A stretch of DNA of 64,000 bases, taken from Lingula anatina. Its lineage: Eukaryota > Animalia > Brachiopoda. Below the pieces are notes generated by a model. The model ran no database searches and had not been told where the DNA came from. It saw only the letters and a list, made by a program, of their open reading frames with translations. The stretch is from positions 65,946,788 to 66,010,787 of the forward strand of contig CM120640.1 of assembly GCA_051362555.1 (NCBI GenBank), read 5' to 3'. Position 1 is the stretch's first letter. The number at the start of each line of letters is the position of its first letter. Shown here in pieces: positions 1 through 13,800 of this stretch. The position numbers and the translations under genes were made by a program.

Positions 1-218
1 AATATTCCAATAGCCCAAATATCTACATACACTCCTATATAGTGTTCGTCTTTAAACAGCTCGGGGGCTGCATAAGGGGGGGAACCACAAAATGTATTCA
101 GGCAGTTATCTGGACGGCTGAAAGTACTGAAGCCAAAGTCCCCCACTTTGACCAGGTTGGGGCCGGCATAAAACACATTTTCTGCCTTGAGATCCCGATG
201 AATGATATGGTTGTCATG
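1..218 (-). CDS. NIM1K: NIM1-type Ser/Thr kinase, coding exon 3 (partial, runs off window)
   Basis: Acceptor ...ttcctctag| at 219-220. Translation [72 protein letters not shown] contains [23 protein letters not shown] and DIW. Phase 0 join with the previous exon. Confidence 0.93.
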
Positions 219-522
219 CTAGAGGAATTTAAAAAAGAAATGGTATTAGGCTTAAAATCAAATGTATTTATACAGATTTTGTGAAGTTACATCCAGTCTA
301 TAATGACTTCATACACATTCATACAACATATCAACACCCCAAACATTTGCCAAAAAAATTTAAGAACAACTAGTTGAAAAGAAAACAGCAAATAGATGAA
401 TTCCTTGAAGGCCCCACACAAAAATATTTCAAAATACCACAATACTTACATTTTTTTTTCATTTTTATTGGAAAAATAAATAAATAAATAAATAAATGGA
501 ACTTTATTCTGTCCATACTTAC

Positions 523-791
523 CATATGTTCCACAGCGGCATGGACTTGAGCAAATATAGAACGTGCCTCACTCTCTGGAAGCTTTCCTTCTGTTGTGAT
601 CTTGGTAAACAGCTCCCCTCCATTGGCATACTCCATCACAATGTGGAGTTTGGCCAGAGTCTCCAGGACCTCATACAGACGGATGATATTGGGGTGGTGG
701 AGACGCTCCATACTGGAGATCTCCCGCGAGAGAAGGCGCTGGGTTTTCTGGTCAAGCTTGGTCTTGTCTAATATTTTGACTGCTACTTTTT
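523..791 (-). CDS. NIM1K: NIM1-type kinase, coding exon 2
   Basis: Acceptor ttccag| (792-793), donor ATG|gtaagt (522-517). Encodes (E)KVAVKILDKTKLDQKTQRLLSREISSMERLHHPNIIRLYEVLETLAKLHIVMEYANGGELFTKITTEGKLPESEARSIFAQVHAAVEHM. The ILDKTKLDQKTQRLLSREISSME stretch is the NIM1 signature as I recall it. Confidence 0.95.
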
Positions 792-1000
792 CTGGAATAG
801 CACAGATTGTTCTTTTAACTGAATACAGACATTTTTGAAGTCCATAAGTGAAATCTGAAATTTGGACTTTTGCAAAACCAATTTTATCCCATTTATATTA
901 GGGGAAAAGTAAATGTCATACTCAGGATATGTTGTTTTTTGACTATGTACAAAATTTGGGTTTAAATCAATACAAATTACTGTCATTCACTGACACATCA

Positions 1001-1168
1001 CAGGCCCGTAGCCAGCAATTTCAAAAGGGGGGTTCGTTTTCTGAAAAAGTGGACCTTTTCCCATGAAAACTTCATGTACCTAGATCAAATTTTACCCAGA
1101 GTGGACCTTTTCCCAGCAAAAGGGGTGGTTCTTTCGAACCCCCCGAACCCCCCCTGGCTAAGGGCCTG
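1001..1168. mobile_element. 168-bp MITE with CAG termini and 5-bp TSD
   Basis: TIRs caggcccgtagccag / ctggctaagggcctg (14/15 match). Flanking direct repeat CATCA at 996-1000 and 1169-1173. Confidence 0.85.
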
Positions 1169-1241
1169 CATCAAAATATATCAAGATGAAGGGTGTTTTT
1201 CATTATCACAACATTGTGGTATCAAATAAGGCAATACAAAC

Positions 1242-1509
1242 CTTTTGTAAGAGAGTGTATAGCCATTTTGACTTGTGAGAAATTCCCACTCCCAAGTTCT
1301 CCACGTATTCTATAGAATCCAATCCTTTTTCCTAGAGTAACTTCTTTAATACAACGTTGGTCATTCACAAGGTCGTGGGATAACCTCTCATATGGGGTCA
1401 CTTTTCTTACAGGCGCTGCCGGATTGTCATTCTCGTCATTATTTTCTGTGGCTGTGCTGTATCCAGACACAGTGGATTCACGTTTCTGGATCAGAACTTT
1501 TTCTGTCAT
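1242..1509 (-). CDS. NIM1K: NIM1-type kinase, first coding exon (exon extends to acceptor at 1638 as 5'UTR)
   Basis: ACCATG start context at 1509. Encodes ...TPYERLSHDLVNDQRCIKEVTLGKRIGFYRIRGELGSGNFSQVKMAIHSLTK with the GxGxF loop. Donor G|gtttgt at 1241 is phase 1 and joins in frame to exon 2. Upstream acceptor ttttcttctccag| at 1639-1640. Confidence 0.93.
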
Positions 1510-3252
1510 GGTGAAGGAATGATGATGATGATGCTATGACAACCAGAAATAACCAGGAGGCAGAAGCAATACTGCTGTGACAGCTTGGAGTTTCAATGTC
1601 CCCATCACAGGCACACTCCAGGGGGCTGGCTGAGGTCACTGGAGAAGAAAAATGACACATTTATGAATTTGTAACATTGTACATTGTAGATATTTGGATT
1701 GATCTTCACCTACGGACAACCTTGGTGAGCACACTAATCATGAAGTCATTTGGTTTTCAAGTCAGAGAACAAAATGTATTTTAAGTACACCTGATAAATT
1801 AAGACAAACTTTATACTGCAAAATACAGCGTACCTTTCCATGCCCCAGGAAAAATAAGTTATCACATTAATAAGATCATCAAAAAGATTGGACAAAGATG
1901 CTACAAAATTATAAATGATGTGATATTTTTTCATACAAATTGATGAAACTGCCACAGGATATTTGGCTGTTTTGAAAATTTTTTCTAAAAGTCTACTGTG
2001 ATACAGGAAGGAACACCACAGCATAAGCCGTACCTGTTCAAAAAAATTTAATCAATTTCCATTTTTGCTAAGCTTTAGTAACAGCCATCGCAACGGTGTT
2101 GATGGTGTTATGTTTTCCTGCGCCAATCAATACAGATCTTCTATAAATTTCCTGTCCTTCAAACAGCACTTGGTTCACATCTAAATTTTCGTGGAGATGT
2201 TAAAACTATTCCCTTAACTGCTAACTTAAATGTATACCATATTCAAAACAGATCACTGAATTATGATCCATAAACCTTTTTTTTTTTGTTTTAAATCTTT
2301 AAGTTTTTGAGCCACTCCTATTAAAGACCCTTTTGAGTTCCACACTGACGGTAAAAATTACAAATTCAGCTCTTGAAAACATATTTGTAGATCCTAATTT
2401 TCTCAAAATACTTTGGATAAGGTATACCTTAGTGATAAAGGGAAAATTGTCGGAATTTCCAGAAAAATTAATTTACAGTTTCTGTATTATTCACATTCAA
2501 TACGTTTTTTGTAATTTTCAACAACAGCTACAGAGGTGTTGGGTTGGAGTGAAGTCTGTCTCTGGTTCTTGAGGTGGGGAAGTATTGGAGCAGAAAATGA
2601 ATCTCATCTTCCACTCCATCTTTGCCAAGTGCACATTTTCTTCACAGGATGGACATAACATGTACCAAACCCAGTGTGCATTCAGTTGTTGTGACTTTGC
2701 AAGGTTAAAAATCACTGCAACATTATCCAGCAGTACAATGTGCAATCCCCCCATATATTCAAATCAATGCTTTGGAGATATCTGCCTTGTGCACTTACCA
2801 ACAGTAAACAGGCCATGGGCTTGTGTTGCCAACATAAGCTAGACTACACCTCAGAATCAATAAAGGCATTGTGAAATGGTCAAAGAGTTAACACAATTAG
2901 TCTGTGGTCCCTTTCAAGACAATTGGAGTGAAAAAGTCTGGGACTGTTTTTTTAACTGGTCCATTAAAAATGGTTAAAATATTTTGTCGATAAAAAACTA
3001 TAATTTGATCAATATATTTGCAAGAAGTTCTAAGCAAGAAGTCTTTAGTTTTACCTTTATGTTTTTTTTTCTTTTAATTTCCCTATGGTTATTTTCATAT
3101 TTTTAAAAAACTTTCATTAACAGAAATAAACCTAGTTAAATAAGTTATATATAAATTTGAGCTTGTCAACCACTAATCCTAGTCTTTTTTTAAATAAATG
3201 ATCGTTGATACTCTCAAGTGTCCTTAGATATTCATGCACTGAGGAGCCCCTG

Positions 3253-3596
3253 CAGACATGCTGAAACTGTAGGTCCGATCGGTCATGACCGGCAAAATTT
3301 GTCTGGACCAGTAAAAAATTGGACCAAAAAGAGTTTTAAGAGCTGCAATTTTGAATTTACAGTCATCATTCGACACACTTCACTAATAAAATTGTATAGT
3401 ACCCAAATCGTGTTTTCCCTTCCATTTCAAACCCTAACATTCACAAACAAAGTAAGCTACCCTAATAATACTGGTAGTATCTAACTCAAACGAATAGGGT
3501 GGTTTTTGGTCCGACAAAAATCCATTCGGTCCAGCAAATTTTTCATTACTGCCGGTCCAAATGTCCGACCATTCTGAATAGTTTTCAGCATGTCTG
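3253..3596. mobile_element. 344-bp MITE with CAG termini and 5-bp TSD
   Basis: TIRs cagacatgctgaaa / tttcagcatgtctg (perfect 14 bp). Internal ggacc/ggtcc sub-repeats. TSD CCCTG at 3248-3252 and 3597-3601. Confidence 0.87.
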
Positions 3597-5513
3597 CCCT
3601 GTGTTCACAGGTTGGTGTTCACAAGTTGGTGACCCCAGTATGGGCACCAGTATTTGTGCATGCACACTAAGTGCTCTTTTCCACTGAAACTATCATTCCA
3701 CGTAGATCAATCCAACTTCACAGGGAATCTAGCTGAATGCAAGCAGATTAACAGTGTAACACACACCCTTCTGGTGTTGAGTACAATACAGAAAATTGAT
3801 CACATTCAGTTTCTTTCTTTCTTTCTTTCTTTCTTTATTTTGAAGAGTATATTTTTAGTAATAATCTCTTCAGAGATTGCATTCTTCAGAGATTATTACA
3901 GAGGGTAACAATCAATGAGGGTCCATTATCTCGCAATATACAGATATTATGATTAAGTGCCGTTTTGGTGGTAAAATGCAATTTATTACATTTTATGTGT
4001 TGTTTAAAATGTAAGTATTGTGGAATTTTAAACTGATACTAAGAGTTGTCATCCCTTTAACATATAAAAGACTGAAACCCATTTACTCAACTAATGCAGA
4101 ATTATTGAGAAATTAAACATTTTTACAAAATTAATTCTTTGCAATTTGTAATTCCTGGTATATGTGCACTTCATTGAATGCATTAAAATTAATTGTATGT
4201 GGTAAATTTTGTTATTAGGAGGTGCTTGATTCCATAGAAAAATAGTGTGAAATAAGGTTATACTGATGATAATTTTAGAGAATGTCTAAATCTCAAGTGT
4301 TAAGGACATCAAAATGTCAATGTTAATGTATGTGTGAGCATTTAAAAACCAGATTACACAGCCTGCTTTTGAATTGTAAGTTGTACATTTTTATATAATA
4401 TCATTTTAAAGTAATTAATACTTATAAACATGTTTCATTCACGGTATCATTGTTTTTTTTTCTTCTTAAATTCATTCATTTTCAATGAATAACCAATAAA
4501 TAAAAATTACCAGATGCTTGAAATTTGATGAGTATATAAAATTCAAGCTCAAAGCCTTCCCCTTTTAAAGATGCATATTGAGTGAATATTTACGTTGAAC
4601 CACTGCAACCAAATCAACAAAGCCACCATATTAATCATACATCAATTTCAATAGTAAAAAATACCACAATGATTTATTACATTATTTTCCAAAAAAAAGA
4701 TATTTGCACATATATTTTACTTTCTGTACCTTAAATAACAGAAAGAAAAATGTTGGTCTAATTTATGACCAGAAATTTGAAGAAAGTGGAGTTCAAAGGT
4801 TTTTTTTTTTTTTTTTTTTTTGCATGTAGATTTTATTTTTATTGGGTTAAAAAATGGTACTAATAATTTATAATTCTTACAGGGCATTTTCTCTTGGTTC
4901 ATATATGTATATATATTTGTCCAATTATAAACATATATTGCTCTTCTTTTGTGAAATCAGAAACAAGTCCAAACCAGAAAATACATACCCATGCTTTGCT
5001 GTGACCTTAATTGGTTAGTAAATGAGTGTCATAAAATCCCCATGTGATTCATAAACCAGGTGCATTATAAACCTAAAAACCACCAGAAAAGACTTTTGAC
5101 TGCCATACTAGTCTACCATAATGCAATAAAAAAAAATTAAAATCAGTTAAAGCCTTCAAAACAAATGTCACAAAATCCCCATAAAAGGTAAAACCCCCAT
5201 ACATAGACAATATAAGTTTGTGAATGAGAATGGCTAAATACGAATGTTAAAAATCCAAATAAAATAGTAGGATCAGCCAAGTCAAACTTGGTACACCTGC
5301 TGCAAATCTTCCAAGCTACACCCCCCCATTGTTCATTTCTAAAGTTGATGTGTAAAATACATTTAATCAGGACCAATCAAGCCTGAACCCTTATGCCAAG
5401 CCAGTCAATCCACAGATACTGGTATGCATAACTTTGTAATGCCGGATATGTCACTGGCTCAGGGTACCATGAAACCTGGGTTACAAAAAAGGATACATGC
5501 CATACATCCCGTT

Positions 5514-5544
<31 letters not shown>

Positions 5545-6536
5545 GTCAAGACAGGTCAAGTTTGCAAGAGTCTGCATGGTTTCTGTGAACTGCGTTGCTG
5601 GGTTCAGGCATGTGTGGTCCTGATAATGTGCATTTTAAAAACTGAAATTTAAAATTAAATTTAGATTGAGAAGCGAACGCCAGGAGGATGTAGCTTTGAA
5701 CATTTGCGGTAGGTGTACCAATTCAGTTTGAGGCTGGTCTAATGGCTGGCACTACCAGTACTTTATTTGGACTTTAATTGTTCATTTTCGGCAAGTCTGT
5801 TTCACATGCTTTCATGCATTCTTTAATTGTCTCTATGGAGGTATATGGGGATTTTGCGACAGTCATCTTGAATGCTTTAACCAATTTTTTTTTCTATTTG
5901 TGTTATGGTACACTTGTAAGGCAGTCTAACATTATTTGGTGTGGTTTTAAGCTTTATGCACCCAGTATAACAATCATATGGCGATTTTACAACACTTGTT
6001 TAATAACCAATCAAGGTGACAGCCGCGCGTTCACACATTCACACATGCCTGTACCTTCTGCTTCTAACTTCTGCAATATCTGTATTGATCGTGTCACACT
6101 TACCTGTCTCTTGCAAGTATGCACAGGAATTTGATAAAAATAGTTCAGAATTATTTAACTTTTTTTGCATATTTTTCCTTTTTTCATTACAGCAGTCTAA
6201 TGTGGTATTATAAAATTTATTTAAATTGACTGCAGTTTGCCAATGTAACTCCATCGCACTCTATACAAATTCTCGAGAAATGGTACTCACTTCAGTCCTA
6301 GTTTCAACGTCCGATATATTAACATTTGAAGCAACTTCTCCCCATTGCTACCGGCATAGCGAAAGTGATGTCTGTCGTAAACTAGCACTGCAGACACCGA
6401 GTTTGTTAGCTCTTCCAATTATCTATTTCATAGAAATTTAAGTACTGGCAAGTCTTTTAACTTGTATATAATCGACAATCACGCCATACTTTTTTGTCTT
6501 TAAACATTACTATGTTTGTACGTTAAACTCTCTTAC

Positions 6537-6670
6537 CATTTTCGCCGATTTCTAAGCTTGTCTTCACCTTCGTTTCCCTTGGAGGTATTTTGTATAAAAA
6601 TGGCGGCTGATTTGCATAGTTGTTTGACGTCACCAGTAGCAACCATTGCAGCAGGTGCGCTGAGGTAAAT
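6537..6670. promoter_or_regulatory. Probable promoter / first non-coding exon of the kinase gene
   Basis: - strand donor ATG|gtaaga at 6536. Motif cluster: YY1-like AAAATGGCGGC (6597-6607), octamer ATTTGCAT (6610-6617), CRE TGACGTCA (6625-6632), RFX X-box GTCACC-AGT-AGCAAC (6629-6643). Lies at the CpG-poor to CpG-rich transition. Confidence 0.6.
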
Positions 6671-7787
6671 TTCCAGGGTAAATACATCACAACCACGTTT
6701 ATACTGTAACAACCTAAATGAAGACTGAAATAACTAAAATAATATTAACTGCGAAACAGGGATATATGCTCCATGTTTCATTAACTTGAGTGAAAACGTG
6801 GTCAAGCATCTTTTTGTTTAGTAGTTTATTAGCAGTTGGCGAACTTCTAATAGCCGGACATCAAACGGGATCAAAAGCGTTTACTTTTTCTGCACCGATA
6901 ATGTACTTACTCTAGCTAGATAATCATTGTCTTGCATACCTTCAGAGTAAATTTTACCACATGAAAAAGAAGGGTCTTGGATTTTTAAAAGATAAAATAA
7001 ATCTAACCGTATCAAAGGTAATAATTTTATTTTGCATTTCCCACTCACTACACAGTTCACTCCCCCTCGAAGCAAAAATACACACACTGGACAATAGAAG
7101 TGTCACCCCCTGAATCAGAGTAATCAAAGCCGGAATATAAGCAATGTCAGAATATCGATACAGTTCAATTGTTCAATCAGAACCGTTTCTTTTGTGAAAT
7201 TTGATGTTAATAAAACGATACCAGGAGCATATCATTCCACAGCCATTTATCTCCCCCCAAAGAATTGGTTCAGTAGGCGTGACACTACTATTGTCCAGTG
7301 TGTGAGGATAACAGAATAAAATAAAGATGTAAAAATTAAAGTTAATGCATTCGTTTTTACCGTATATAAACAATTTGGGATTTCTATCAACCCAAACGAT
7401 ATTTTTCCGGTCACTGAAGGCATCCGTGTGTGATCTCGTATTTTGATTCCTTTTTAGTATTACTGCAATTTCCATGTTTTAGGTAAATCGCATATAAAGT
7501 CGTAGGCCTACAATATTCATCAATTGTTAACTTTCGTAGATGCAAAAATGCTTTTGATTATTCATTTTTGATTTATTTATGTCATTCCTTTTTATATGTT
7601 CATTTACGTATTTGTTTATTTATTAATTCATTTACCTTATTTTATTTGGCATCTTGGTTTTTTGGGACAAACGTATGTCACCCAAACCCAATATAGAGGT
7701 GCATTTCACAAGTCTAAAAAAAATCAGAAAAATAAAACTGAATAAATTCAAAGTTGTATTCAGTCTTTCAAAACGTATGTGTGTATA

Positions 7788-8396
<609 letters not shown>

Positions 8397-10375
8397 TGTT
8401 TAGAACAAAAATCCAAATGTAATTTCTATCATGGTCTATTATAATGCACTAGTAAGAAGCATAAGCGGGATTTTAAAAAAAAATTGTATAGTGTGCCAAT
8501 ATATTTTGTGGTGATTCGGTCATTGTAAATTATAGCTGACGTAAGGATGTCTTTATAAATATTTTAATTGTAACTTGGGAGGTTGCGTTGTGGCTAACAC
8601 GAACGCAACGTATGTTCCACTGGAAAATGTCCGAAAAGGTTATGCCTGTCCAAGCACTTAGGCCTACTGCAATAAGTAACAATGGGTTTTATGTTGACAA
8701 GTGAAATATGTATAGTGTGCACTTTGACATTTCTGACATACATTTTGCACCAAGAACAAAAAAAAAAATGATTTATACTTTTTTACTGTCGGTGTGTTGC
8801 ATTTTTTTTTCTTTTATGATATTCAGTGACAATCAAACTAAAATCGTGCAAAAAATAATAAACACGCTATACAGAACATTATCATGTTTTTTTTTTACAA
8901 TGTAATACTTGTGCGAAAAGAATTGAAGAACAAAACCACTGTTATTCAAATTTTTAAAGTGAGTAAAACGCTTCCACAGCTGAAGTTTTACATTTGTGAC
9001 AGTAACGTATGTTCCCTTTAGGAGGATTAGACGATGAATTATTTATTATTCATGGTTCTAGGACAGTGAAACACAGTTTTTAATCTGTGCACTAAATATT
9101 TTAAGAGCATGCCTGTGACCTCATTTGCACCTCTATATTGGGTTTGGATGGTATGTGAAATCACCGCGAAAAACATAATTGCATTACTTAAATAATTTCA
9201 TCTGTGCTAATTTTATTACACTTCATGAGTGAAAACCCCATCATTGATAGTAACTCGTCAAGGAAGTAAAAGTTATCAAGATACATGAAACCGCGTTATA
9301 AAGACTAAAAAGTCTTCACATTTACAGACAGCTTTGACGATAGGTAGACTCGTTTAATTTATTCCTCATTTTGGATCTAGTGCTTATTTTCGGCCTAAGT
9401 CAAAATCAAACGTGCATGGTATGTCTGTCAAAAACCATTTCTCTTTTTATTCAATCTTATTTTTCGTCTGTGCGACAATCAAGAAAAACGACCCATCCTC
9501 TCCAGTGACTCTCTTCGTTTCATCCTAAAGGTGGTTTCCATTTGCACAGTGTGTAACACGTAGCAAAGGGAGTTGCGTATAATACACGTGGGTATTCAAG
9601 TATTTGATGTACATATTTTTTGGGATTTTTTTTTACTAACATTAAGCTACCCTTCTTATACAGCATCATGTTTTCTTTCCTCATAATTTCCATGTGACAA
9701 ATGCCAAACAAAAACGTATATAAAAATCTTTAAATATCAGATTAGCACACAGTGTAACATTATGTCCTTTTATCAAATGAAATACATTTCAATACAGTTA
9801 AATATTTGAATCGTAAACAATGTGTATTTGATAAATCCATATTTTAATGTGCATTTTGTGCTTATTCAGTTAAAACTGAACCCCTATCCTTTTTTGGGTC
9901 CAAAATGTTCTATTGTTCAACTTCGAGTCACCACTATCGCAGCGCAAACTGTATAAGGAGAGTCGATTTCTAAAAAAAAAAGGGGGGGGGGTCGAAACAA
10001 TTTTGAAACAATTTAAGTGAATGATAACTCTGCGGAATGTTAAAAATTGCTTTATAATCTCAATCATTCATATCGAACTAGTCCCATGTGTCAGATGTAA
10101 AAGACAGGCACGACTAATTCAATCTGATTTCACATTCAAGAACCAAGTCACTGAATTCTGGCACACTGAATTCATTAAAAATTATATATCTCTCAACCAA
10201 TTCTCAATGATACTATTGGACTTGTAAGCGCATGAGCTTTCTTTTCATTAAATTATTTACAATTATCTAATTTTCAAAGGAATAGAGTTTAGTAAACTTG
10301 TATTCAAAAGACTTGATATAATTAAATGTTCCGTAAGTTATGAATATTTTTTTTATATTTACCCATTTATGCATA

Positions 10376-10808
10376 TTTACCTCCGCCAAGGAGGTTGTTT
10401 TTGGTTCCGTTAGTTGTCTGTCTCTCTATCTGTCTGTCTGTCTGTTAGCAACATTACAGAAAAAAGTTATGGACCGATTTTAATCAAATTTTCAGGAACT
10501 GTCAGAAGTGGGCCAATGAACAGATGATTAGTTTTTGGTGGTGATCAGGATCAATAATCAATCAATAATCAATAATAAAAAAAAACCCTAAGTTATGGAC
10601 CGATTTTGATGAAATTTTCTGGAACTGTCATAAGTGGGCCAAGAAACAGATGATTAGTTTTTGGTGGTGATCCGGATCATTAATCAATCAATAATCAAAA
10701 ATCAAAAAACTGAATCATTATAGAATGAAAATTTAGGGGTGACACGGCATTGGGTGGAGACTTTGCTGCCTTGGCGGAGGTCTGCGCTCTCGGAATCCTT
10801 TTCTAGTT
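10376..10808 (+). mobile_element. Non-autonomous Helentron/DINE-1-like (HINE) element
   Basis: Sub-terminal inverted repeat acctccgccaagg (10379-10391) / ccttggcggaggt (10769-10781). 5' palindrome cctccgccaaggagg, (GTCT)n microsatellite, two ~126-bp central tandem units (10464-10710), 3' end ...ctagtt, inserted in T runs. Confidence 0.8.
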
Positions 10809-13800
10809 TAAGAATATTTTACTCGTCAGTATACCAAAAGTTTAATTTTTATCAAAAGCTTGATTGTGCTCGCCTTAATTGATGAAATACAGGCCGTGTT
10901 CGTTCCTCGGTATAAGAACGACTCCAGGATGATCATAGTAATAAAGATATAATGGCGAAAAAACTTAATGAAATCATTTGATGGAGTGAAGAAGCATTAT
11001 GCCTTTGCAAAAAGTAGATATTTGCTTCTTCGATTGCAGAAGTCTGCATGAGAGTGCGGCTGTCAAATCCCAAGAACTTTTGAGGAAGTAAAAGCAGATA
11101 TTTCTTGCAAGTTTTGGTAAATTTCCTTGGTTGCTTAAAGGCAAAAAAAAATACGTTTGAACTTTTTGTGATGAAAAATGCAGAAAGAGTTAATTTCCAC
11201 ATCATTCGCGACCTGCATCTAGATAGAATCAATTAAATCTTGATCATGGCCTTCCTAATTTTCCCAAAGTTTTGATAAAACCGTCTATTGAACACCTATC
11301 AATCATATATCGAGTTTTTCTAAAAGTAATGTTAAAAGGGCGTTCGTCTTTTAAGATCTTTAACATCATAAAAGATGGTCTTACATATTTGAAGTTAATT
11401 TGTATGATAGTCTGGACAGTTTTTTTTAATTAATATCTAGATAACTGCGACTTTTTAGCAGCTGGGAAATTGTGAGCATCGTATGAAATGTATGATAATT
11501 TGCTCTCCCCCCCCCCCCCCCCCCCCCCACTCTCTTTCTCTCGAAAAACCGCAATGCAGTGGTAAACGCAATTGCTTTCATCACAACCCAGTTAGCACAT
11601 CTAGCACAGCGTTATGCCAATTACTATTGATTTTCACACATGTTGACGTTCATTGCCAATTAGTGAGTTTACGATTGAAGACAAAGAGCAAAAGCTGTCT
11701 GTTGTTAATCCGACTTTATAGAAAGTCAGACGACATAAATATAACTTGATTCTCGATAGGTGAATAATATATTTTTCTTCCGATGTTTTTACTTTCAAAC
11801 TGTCAAACAGCTTTAAGGCCGAGGGCGTGAATTTTGGTTATTTAGATATTTATCTTTCAACTAATGAGTTGAGCGCGGAGGGTTTCACCGTGCTGTTGCT
11901 TTATAACGGATGGCCATCCATCACTGACGCCCTCACAGTAAACCAGAAGCTGCCGCAGCCCAGGTTAACGTGTGTTAGTGGCTTACATACCACTCAATAG
12001 AAATACTGACTTCTTCTGGGCTTAAAGAATAGGACCGAAAGTAAGATAAAGATTCAAGTTTGGAAATTCTGAAAATTAGTATGCCTGAAATGATACGCTT
12101 TGTTACATTTTTTTATTTTACAAATTGATGTCCGAAGGAAAAAATTACAACACTTCTTTTCATTGGTGTAAGAATTTTCCTTGGGGGATTTAAGAAGCTC
12201 AAAGGAACAAGTATTATCAATTTGAAAATAAGACAAGTGTGAGATTAATAAGCAAATAAAAAGAGGAAATAGGAATTGATTACATGATGCAGTACAGTGG
12301 ATTGAGAACTTAATAAATGTGTAAAAATAACAAAACTCATCTTATTGAAAGTGTTCCAAGACACTGGGATCAAATATTACTTCAGAAAAGCGTCTAGACA
12401 TTTTTTATGCTCCTGTGAATATGATTTTTTCTTAGAGCGAATATTTTTGTTTGACACATTTCTTTCCCAACAAAGCTAACTTAATCTTTCTAGATTCAAT
12501 GTCAGCCATCTTTGAAAATTTCATTTCCTATTTCCACTTGAACCGGCAACAAAGACCAGCGTCTGTACTCAGAATACACACGCTCCCCATTATAACCATA
12601 GCAATCATGACGATAAAATTCATCATTATTTTATCTATATGGCCTACGGAACTAGGGCTTTGGGTTTTATGTCGAAATTAAATCTCCCTACTCTTGATTA
12701 AAATTTAAAGCTAGCGCAGAAAATCAATAAATGCGACCTCATACCACAAAGTAGATGCAGTCAAATTGTTATGTGGGGACTAATTTAAAAATATACATCA
12801 TAAAAATCGATGGGTAAAATCGATCGAGAGTTCGTGAAATTTCAAACTCGCGTAGCCCGCAGTACATATGCAGGTTTTTCAATTCGTGAAAACAAGCTCG
12901 AAGAAGTCGATAGTAATGCGCTGCAAAAACATTCATATTTGCGAGTGGTTTACTTAAAGATGTAACCTTTGAATCGAATATTCGATCGTTGAATTCCAAA
13001 TTTGCAATTAAACGAAAGCTGCAATGTGGAGTTACATAATTCTTCGGAGGTTGTACGATATATATAATTTATGTATACGCTTTAATTTTGGCCTAGAATA
13101 TTCGATACTGTGGTAGCATATGGTGGACGCAGCTGAACAAAATGCAATTTAAATTTATGAAGTACATCTTAGCCGACTCATGTAAAGATGAGCACTCGAG
13201 GTCTGAAATGACTCGGACTTGAGACAGGATGAACGCGTAGAATATCTTCCTACGGGTGTTAAGTCACGATAGAACAAGTAACTGAAGTTCGCATGTATTT
13301 TCTTTCCAACACAAACACGTGAACAAACTTTCGTCTAAACGTTTTTCAAATGTGTGATTTCCGTTAAGGAATAAAGACGCATTGTCATTACTCTTCGGCT
13401 TTCTCGTGTTACTTATGAGACAATGAGACTATAATTTCTTTAATGACCAATCTCTACTCTGATGTTGTTGGAAATGACCATTTTAAGAGAATCCGCGCAC
13501 AACGCATACTAAACCCGTACAGTCAAGATGGAGCTGAATTATCAATTTTTGTCATAAATATTTGACTGTACTTTGATCGTCATGATAACGTTACTCACAG
13601 CAAGAAATTTCAGGTATGTTCAAATATTAAAAATCGATATTTGAACACGACTGATTTTTTTCACACGCATACTGGAAATTAATTATCTCCCGGAGACTTT
13701 CATGTGATTGTCTATTCTTGATGTCTATAGAGCCACTGCTTTTCAATTTCAGTCTAACTAAACAACAGTGAAACACTGCATATAACAAATAGGACGGGTC

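Noticed and set aside
42-838. + strand ORFs over the kinase exons
   Set aside because: Antisense shadows of NIM1 coding exons.
11818-11990. Possible structured ncRNA (gagggcgt/acgccctc, ggatggccatcc palindrome, Sm-like AATTTTGG, miR-9-like ttttggttatttag)
   Set aside because: Stems are too short, there is no pre-miRNA hairpin, and I recognise no Rfam family; an Infernal scan would be needed.
12502-12514. YY1-like motif as an additional promoter
   Set aside because: Single motif with no clear donor or gene downstream.
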